Shown piece by piece: positions 26,837-32,000 of a stretch of 32,000 nt of DNA (its first letter is position 1; each line of letters opens with the position of its first letter). Origin of the DNA: Erysipelothrix larvae. Lineage in GTDB: Bacteria > Bacillota_I > Bacilli_A > Erysipelotrichales > Erysipelotrichaceae. Below the pieces are notes generated by a model, which worked only from the letters and a program-made list of their open reading frames with translations, did no database searches and was not told the origin of the DNA. A program made the translations under genes and the position numbers. Location of the stretch: the NCBI RefSeq assembly GCF_001545095.1, contig NZ_CP013213.1:1050001-1082000 (forward strand), read 5' to 3'.

Positions 26837-27523
26837 TTAGTCTCTATTTCTACTTCCTCTTAACATAACGAAGTAAAGTAGGTTCAGTAATGTTCCGATG
26901 ACTGCTGCGACATAAGTAAGTGCTGCAGCTGTTAACATTTTTTGCGCACCACCATATTCTGAAGAATCCACGATTCCATCAGACTTAATAATTTTAAGTG
27001 CACGTGCTGAAGCATTGAACTCGACAGGTAATGTAACAACTTGGAATGCAAGAATAATTGAAATCATAATGATCCCAAGATCGAAAAGTCCAGTTAATGC
27101 AGTCGATGTCAATCCGATAATAATTGCGATTTGAGAAAACTGACTCGCGATGATTGTTGGCTTTAAAAGCATGTTTCTTAATGCAATGAATTTGTATCCA
27201 GTTGCATGTTGGATGGCGTGCCCCACTTCATGCGCTGCAACTGCGGATGCTGCCACAGAAGCATTTGCATAGTTGTCAGGCGATAAAGACACAATCTTCT
27301 TACTTGGATCGTAGAAGTCACTTAATGTTCCTCCAGACCCTCTAACAACCGCTACATCGTGTAGCCCGTTATCATCAAGTATTTTACGGGCAACTTGAGC
27401 TCCAGTTAACCCACTACGTGTTCGAATTTCTTTGTATTGAGCATAAGATCTCATCACAAATGAATTCGCAAGCATAGATATTACTGCGGTGATACCAATT
27501 GCAATCCAATAGTATAGATTCAT
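26837..27523 (-). CDS. yugP: membrane Zn-metallopeptidase, YugP/Zn_peptidase_2 family
   Basis: The HExxH motif (AAHEVGHAIQH) lies between an N-terminal and several C-terminal hydrophobic helices. The ATG at 27523 lies 6 nt after AGGAGG. The longer ORF-track start at 27556 would run into the hup terminator. Confidence 0.8.
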   Translation of the reverse strand: MNLYYWIAIGITAVISMLANSFVMRSYAQYKEIRTRSGLTGAQVARKILDDNGLHDVAVVRGSGGTLSDFYDPSKKIVSLSPDNYANASVAASAVAAHEVGHAIQHATGYKFIALRNMLLKPTIIASQFSQIAIIIGLTSTALTGLFDLGIIMISIILAFQVVTLPVEFNASARALKIIKSDGIVDSSEYGGAQKMLTAAALTYVAAVIGTLLNLLYFVMLRGSRNRD

Positions 27524-27540
27524 AGTAGTCCTCCTAAAAT

Positions 27541-27565
27541 AAAAAAGAAGGAGCATAAGCCCCTT
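27541..27565 (-). terminator. intrinsic terminator after hup
   Basis: The minus strand reads AAGGGGC-TTAT-GCTCCTT (7 bp with one G-U pair) followed by CTTTTTT. Confidence 0.6.
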
Positions 27566-27578
27566 ATATAATTAATTA

Positions 27579-27866
27579 CTATTTAACGCTTTCTTTTAGG
27601 GCTTTTGCTGGTTTAAAGCTAATTCCGTAAGAAGCTTCAATGCGAATCTTTTCGTTAGTTGCTGGATTGAAACCATCACGTGCAGCTCTTTCCTTAACAA
27701 CGAATTTACCAAATCCGGCAAGATCCACTGTGTCTTTTGATTCTAATGTACTTTTAACCTCTTCTAAAAATGCTTCGATGAATTCTGCAGCATCTTTTTT
27801 TGTAATATCTAATTTAGCTGAAAGTGATTCCGCCAAAGCTTTTTTGTTTAGTGTTTTAGTAGTCAT
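27579..27866 (-). CDS. hup: DNA-binding protein HU
   Basis: 95 aa with the typical HU/IHF signature (...GFGKF.V.ERAAR.G.NP.T.E.I.I.A...F.P.K.LK). Confidence 0.93.
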   Translation of the reverse strand: MTTKTLNKKALAESLSAKLDITKKDAAEFIEAFLEEVKSTLESKDTVDLAGFGKFVVKERAARDGFNPATNEKIRIEASYGISFKPAKALKESVK

Positions 27867-27890
27867 TACTAATCCTCCATTTCTATTACC

Positions 27891-27919
27891 ATGATAACCG
27901 ATTTTATGGGTAAAATCAA
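27891..27919 (-). promoter_or_regulatory. candidate sigma-A promoter of hup
   Basis: On the minus strand, TTGATT (27919-27914) is followed by a 17-nt spacer and TATCAT (27896-27891). It lies about 25 nt upstream of the hup RBS GGAGG. Confidence 0.5.
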
Positions 27920-27920
27920 G

Positions 27921-28919
27921 TTATTTGGTTTCATGTTTTAGTTCTCGATTCATTAAGTCCACAATTGCTTGTCTTGGATCTTTGCCTTCATAGAATACTT
28001 TATAGACTTGTTCTGTGATTGGCATATCAATTCCTTTTTCTTTCGCAACCTCATAAACAACCTTCGTTGCAGCTACACCTTCGACTGTCTTAATGTTGGT
28101 ATCGAAGAAATGACTTGTAGAACCATTTACACCAACATCATAGCCTGCTTGGAAATTACGGCTGTGTTGACTTGTAGCAGTTACCACTAAGTCCCCTACA
28201 CCACATAATCCAAGGAATGTATCCATCCTACCGCCAAAATAAAGCCCATAGCGCGTTATTTCTGCAAGACCGCGTGTTATGAGTGCTGCACGTGTATTGT
28301 CGCCATAACCAAGCCCAGAAGCGATTCCGCTTGCAAGGGCCATTACGTTTTTAACAGCAACACCGATTTGTGCTCCGACAACATCATCATTTCGATATAC
28401 ACGGAAAAAATCATTTGAGAAGATTTCTTGAACAGTGCGTGCAGCGTCTTCATTTGATGATACTGCATTGACTGTGGTAAGCTGGTTCAATACAACTTCC
28501 TCTGCATGGGATGGGCCAATAAGGCTTACAACAGCAGATAAGTGATCGTTTGATATTGAACGCTCAATTACTTCCATTAAATATTCATGGGTTACAGGAT
28601 GGAACCCTTTCGCAACATTAATAATAATTACAGGACGATCTAAATGCTTATCGAGTTCTTGGCAGACCGACTCAATGGCAATTGAAGGAATCGCAAGCAA
28701 GAAGATGTCAGCATCAAGGATATCATTATATGTAGGAGTAGCTCTTAAATCTTCACAGAGTTTAACCCCTGGGAAGTATGTTTCATTGAGATGATATTGT
28801 TGGATATCAACCACTTCATCAAGGCTTTTCCCCCAAATCAATGCGTCGTGGCCGTTTTGTGCCAATACGTTTCCTAATGCGGTCCCCCAACTTCCTGAAC
28901 CAATAATTGCTATTTTCAT
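27921..28919 (-). CDS. gpsA: NAD(P)H-dependent glycerol-3-phosphate dehydrogenase
   Basis: The N-terminal dinucleotide-binding motif [11 protein letters not shown] is present in a 332-aa ORF. The der-gpsA adjacency is conserved. Confidence 0.93.
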   Translation of the reverse strand: MKIAIIGSGSWGTALGNVLAQNGHDALIWGKSLDEVVDIQQYHLNETYFPGVKLCEDLRATPTYNDILDADIFLLAIPSIAIESVCQELDKHLDRPVIIINVAKGFHPVTHEYLMEVIERSISNDHLSAVVSLIGPSHAEEVVLNQLTTVNAVSSNEDAARTVQEIFSNDFFRVYRNDDVVGAQIGVAVKNVMALASGIASGLGYGDNTRAALITRGLAEITRYGLYFGGRMDTFLGLCGVGDLVVTATSQHSRNFQAGYDVGVNGSTSHFFDTNIKTVEGVAATKVVYEVAKEKGIDMPITEQVYKVFYEGKDPRQAIVDLMNRELKHETK

Positions 28920-30229
28920 ACATTCACTCTCTTTCGTACAATTATATGTATTGGAGTACCTGTAAAATCAAATGCGTTTCTTAATGAATTCTCCAAATAT
29001 CGCTTATATGAAAAGTGACATAGTTCTGGATCGTTAACAAACAATACAAATGTAGGTGGAGCGGTACTCACTTGTGAAGAATAATATACACGGAGGCGTT
29101 TCCCGTTGTGCGAAGGTGGTGGCGTAAACATTACGGCATCTTGAACAACTTCATTCACAACAGAGGTGCCAATACGGCGGGTACTGTTTTCAAATACGAG
29201 ATTGATTAATGGTATTAAAGTATGAACACGTTTCTTTGTCAGTGCAGAGACAAAGACAATGGGTGCATAAGTAAGATAGATGAACTCTTCATATATCTTT
29301 TTCCGTACAGTTTCCATTTCAGTTTCTTCTTTATCAATAGTGTCCCATTTGTTATATACGATGATGATTGGTTTTCCAGCTTCGTGTGCAAAACCAGCAA
29401 CAGTTTTATCTTGTTGTCTAATTCCAGCTTCACCATCAATTACAAAAAGAACAACATCCGAACGTTCAATCGCACTCATTGCTCGCAATACAGAATACTT
29501 CTCTACTTTTTCATAAACCTTACCACGTTTACGGATTCCTGCAGTGTCTATAATGACATAATCATCCCCTTCAAATTTGAAGGGGGTGTCAATCGCATCG
29601 CGGGTTGTTCCTTCAATATCAGAAACAATCACACGATCTTGATTGATAATTGCATTCACCAATGAACTCTTCCCAACATTAGGTTGACCAATCACGCAGA
29701 ATTTCAATTCTTCATCATAGGTATTCAACCCCTTTTCAGGGAGTTTTGTTGTAATTTTATCGAGTAAATCACCAATACCAATTCCGTGTTCACAACTTAC
29801 AGCCATTGGTTCATCAAAACCAAGTCCATAAAACTCGTAAATATCAGAAATGAACTGATGATCGTCCATTTTATTTGCGACAACAACAACCGGTTTATTT
29901 GTTTTTCTTAATAAACGAGCAACATACTCATCATCATGTGTAATTCCTTCTGGAGCACTGACAACAAAAACAATAATATCTGCTTCTTCGATTGCAATTT
30001 CAACTTGCATTTCAATTTCTTCACCGAAGGTTTGTCCTTCTACTTGAATTCCACCTGTGTCGATGAATCGTAATTCTTTTGTTAACCAAGTGGTTTTTCC
30101 ATAAATTCGATCACGGGTAACACCTGGTGTTTCATGAACAATTGAGATTCTTTCACCCATAATACGGTTAAAAAGAGACGACTTACCAACGTTAGGACGT
30201 CCTACAATTGCTACTACTCCATCTATCAT
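28916..30229 (-). CDS. der: ribosome-associated GTPase Der (EngA)
   Basis: Two tandem G domains are present, with P-loops [10 protein letters not shown] and [10 protein letters not shown] and motifs DTGG, DTAG and NKxD, followed by a KH-like C-terminal domain. Confidence 0.95.
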   Translation of the reverse strand: MIDGVVAIVGRPNVGKSSLFNRIMGERISIVHETPGVTRDRIYGKTTWLTKELRFIDTGGIQVEGQTFGEEIEMQVEIAIEEADIIVFVVSAPEGITHDDEYVARLLRKTNKPVVVVANKMDDHQFISDIYEFYGLGFDEPMAVSCEHGIGIGDLLDKITTKLPEKGLNTYDEELKFCVIGQPNVGKSSLVNAIINQDRVIVSDIEGTTRDAIDTPFKFEGDDYVIIDTAGIRKRGKVYEKVEKYSVLRAMSAIERSDVVLFVIDGEAGIRQQDKTVAGFAHEAGKPIIIVYNKWDTIDKEETEMETVRKKIYEEFIYLTYAPIVFVSALTKKRVHTLIPLINLVFENSTRRIGTSVVNEVVQDAVMFTPPPSHNGKRLRVYYSSQVSTAPPTFVLFVNDPELCHFSYKRYLENSLRNAFDFTGTPIHIIVRKRVNV

Positions 30230-30885
30230 TTAAGTCCCCTACTTTCAATTATTTCCATGATTAATGCAACACTTTCTTCAATTGATAAATATGTCGTATC
30301 AATTTCAACAGCGTTATCGACTTTCATGAGCGGTGATTCATCACGATGTGTATCTTGATAATCACGATTCACTAAATCAGTATAGACATCATCATATTCA
30401 ACGTTTGCTCCATTAGCAATAAGTTGATCATAACGTCTTTTGGCACGAACAGCGACATCTGCTGTTTGAAATATTTTCACTTCAGCATCCGGTAGTACTA
30501 CCGATGTGATATCACGTCCATCCATAACAAAACCTTTTGATTTCGCCATCTCTTGTTGCATTTCAACAAGACGTTGACGAACACCTTTAAAACGAGAAAC
30601 AGCGGATGCTCCTTGAGAAACTTTCTCATGACGAATGGCTTGTGTCACATTCATGTCATTAATAAACACCTCTCCATTTGAGAGTAGCTCAATAACACTG
30701 TGATTTGCAACTTCAGTGCATCCGATTTCATCATTTAAATCAATTTTGTTTTTTAAACATTGATATGCTATTGCACGGTACATAGCACCTGTATCAATGT
30801 GTGTAAAATTCAAAATACGCGCTAATTGCTTAGCAATTGTACTTTTTCCTGAGGCGCTTGGTCCATCAATAGCAATATTAAACAC
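30226..30885 (-). CDS. cmk: cytidylate kinase
   Basis: The P-loop [11 protein letters not shown] is present in a 219-aa ORF. The GTG start lies 8 nt after AGGAG, and the stop overlaps the der start. Confidence 0.92.
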   Translation of the reverse strand: MFNIAIDGPSASGKSTIAKQLARILNFTHIDTGAMYRAIAYQCLKNKIDLNDEIGCTEVANHSVIELLSNGEVFINDMNVTQAIRHEKVSQGASAVSRFKGVRQRLVEMQQEMAKSKGFVMDGRDITSVVLPDAEVKIFQTADVAVRAKRRYDQLIANGANVEYDDVYTDLVNRDYQDTHRDESPLMKVDNAVEIDTTYLSIEESVALIMEIIESRGLK

Positions 30886-30909
30886 TTAATCAACTCCTAA
30901 TAATCTATT

Positions 30910-31992
30910 TTAACTAAACCAGAACATTTTCACAATAAAGGCAACCACCAAAAAGAAACACAAAAGCACAATCGCAATCACTGTATTGAGGATGCGATTT
31001 GTTTGAACCATTGATTTACTAATTGATTGAATATCTTTTTGCTGCTCTTCTAATTTTAATTGGATTGTCTTTGTTTCTTCTAAAGCAACTCTATTAAGTT
31101 CAAAAACATCGACATTTTGTTCAAACCCTGTATCAATTGAACTTTGAATGATTGAAGGCTCATGCTCTATATCATCGATAATTGGCTGGCTTTTTTGAAT
31201 CGGTTCTGGTTGTTCATCAACGATACTTTGTTGTAAGGCATCATTTGATAAGGGTTGTTCTTTTGTTTCTTCAGAATCAATCGTTTTAATTTCTTCTGTA
31301 AAACCTTCAAAAATTGGAATATCACTGGTTCTCCAATTTTCTTCAGGGTCTAACCCCTGTTTTAATAACAACTCTTTTGAATTCATTAATTCTGAATCAT
31401 GAGAATCGAGTGTCTCATTGGGTTCAACATCATCAAAGAGTGTTTCGATATCTTGGACTAAGTCATCATTTAAGTCGTCATAGTTTTCTTGGAAAACAAA
31501 ACCGAAATCTTCTGGATGCACTAATCCTTGACCATATTCTTTCGTTTGATTGATTTCATTAACAGCATCTTGGTTCTTTTCAATGGAACTCACCAGTGAT
31601 TCAATTGAATCAACATCATCGTCTTCAATATGAATGTCTTTTTTGATGACTGAATTAGTTGTAAATGTACCAAGGATGTTAGTTTGTGTGTCATCAGACG
31701 TTCTATACCCTTTTTTTACATTGTATTCTTTAACTTCTTCTAAAAAATCCTTGAGATACTCATTTTCAAACGTATCATAAACATTTGTCAATGATTCATT
31801 ATCTGTAACATCATCACGAGCATGACTTGGATCATGGGAAACGTTCCCCATAATATTCATACGCTCAAAACGACTATCAATATCATTAAGCTGATTAGCA
31901 TATCTTGATAAGTCGCTGGATTCAACCTTTTCTTCGGTTGAAGATGCAAGAGTCTCATATAACTCATGGTTTTTTTGAACACGGGATTTCAT
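30910..31992 (-). CDS. hypothetical acidic, low-complexity protein with a single C-terminal transmembrane anchor
   Basis: About 360 aa and very D/E/Q/S/T-rich. I recognise no domain. The last ~27 aa (ILNTVIAIVLLCFFLVVAFIVKMFWFS) are hydrophobic. The frame is still open at the right window edge, so the start (ATG 31992, GTG 31995 or further upstream) is uncertain. Confidence 0.55.
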   Translation of the reverse strand: MKSRVQKNHELYETLASSTEEKVESSDLSRYANQLNDIDSRFERMNIMGNVSHDPSHARDDVTDNESLTNVYDTFENEYLKDFLEEVKEYNVKKGYRTSDDTQTNILGTFTTNSVIKKDIHIEDDDVDSIESLVSSIEKNQDAVNEINQTKEYGQGLVHPEDFGFVFQENYDDLNDDLVQDIETLFDDVEPNETLDSHDSELMNSKELLLKQGLDPEENWRTSDIPIFEGFTEEIKTIDSEETKEQPLSNDALQQSIVDEQPEPIQKSQPIIDDIEHEPSIIQSSIDTGFEQNVDVFELNRVALEETKTIQLKLEEQQKDIQSISKSMVQTNRILNTVIAIVLLCFFLVVAFIVKMFWFS

Positions 31993-32000
31993 CACATCAC

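Noticed and set aside
26793-26840. A 15-codon ORF (MKKSCSKSATFSIHI) is preceded by GAGGTG at good spacing. It lies on the plus strand between the yugP-like gene and mtlA.
   Set aside because: It overlaps the terminator hairpin of the convergently oriented upstream gene and the stop codon region of that gene. It is tiny and has no recognisable peptide family. It is most likely fortuitous.
29459-29467. I searched for LexA (Cheo) boxes, CGAAC-N4-GTTCG, near recN and dinB. The only palindromic GAAC/GTTC element noticed is CGAACGTTC inside der.
   Set aside because: That element has the wrong spacing (N0 instead of N4) and an intragenic location. Nothing resembling the box lies upstream of recN (14600-14660) or dinB, so no SOS operator is claimed.
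1-32000. I scanned for CRISPR arrays, rRNA/tRNA genes, transposases or IS elements, prophage or defence-island gene content, and toxin-antitoxin pairs.
   Set aside because: I saw no direct-repeat/spacer arrays, no conserved RNA gene motifs, no transposase- or integrase-like ORFs other than xerD, and no unexplained multi-gene cluster. Every large ORF but one has a confident housekeeping or catabolic assignment.

Overview
This is a low-GC Bacillota-type chromosomal window, roughly 35-40% GC by eye, that is densely coding and almost entirely housekeeping. I found no CRISPR array, no tRNA or rRNA gene and no mobile element.

Layout:
- Nt 1-19585 carry 19 co-directional plus-strand genes in Bacillus-like synteny. 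The first block is polC (5'-truncated by the window edge), rimP-nusA-ylxR-ylxQ-infB-rbfA, then truB-ribF. The second block is asp23(yqhY)-nusB-xseA-xseB-ispA-dxs-like-recN-dinB-xerD-deoB.
- Nt 19638-32000 carry 11 minus-strand genes: pepD, a mannitol-type PTS operon (mtlA-mtlR-mtlF plus a Zn-dependent MDR dehydrogenase in the mtlD slot), a YugP-type Zn-metallopeptidase, hup, gpsA, der, cmk and an acidic tail-anchored hypothetical protein.

Most notable observations:
1. A 28-bp sequence at 21273-21300 closely matches the XerCD dif site. It lies about 1.7 kb from the single convergent strand switch at about 19.6 kb and 2.9 kb from xerD. The window therefore probably spans the replication terminus.
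2. nusB is about twice its normal length. A segment of about 135 aa with the signature of a CarboxypepD_reg/Cna-B-type beta-sandwich is inserted in frame into the helical NusB fold.
3. The gene in the conserved dxs slot is clearly DXS-homologous, but its thiamine-diphosphate and catalytic motifs are degenerate. It is a probable pseudoenzyme or repurposed protein.
4. The mtl operon lacks a canonical MtlD and carries a 419-aa MDR dehydrogenase instead.
5. The rimP-nusA leader contains a duplicated Shine-Dalgarno/anti-Shine-Dalgarno arrangement that could form alternative hairpins.

I found no obvious defence or other novel multi-gene system. The lineage guess, a reduced-genome Bacillota such as an Erysipelotrichia-like organism, is inference only.
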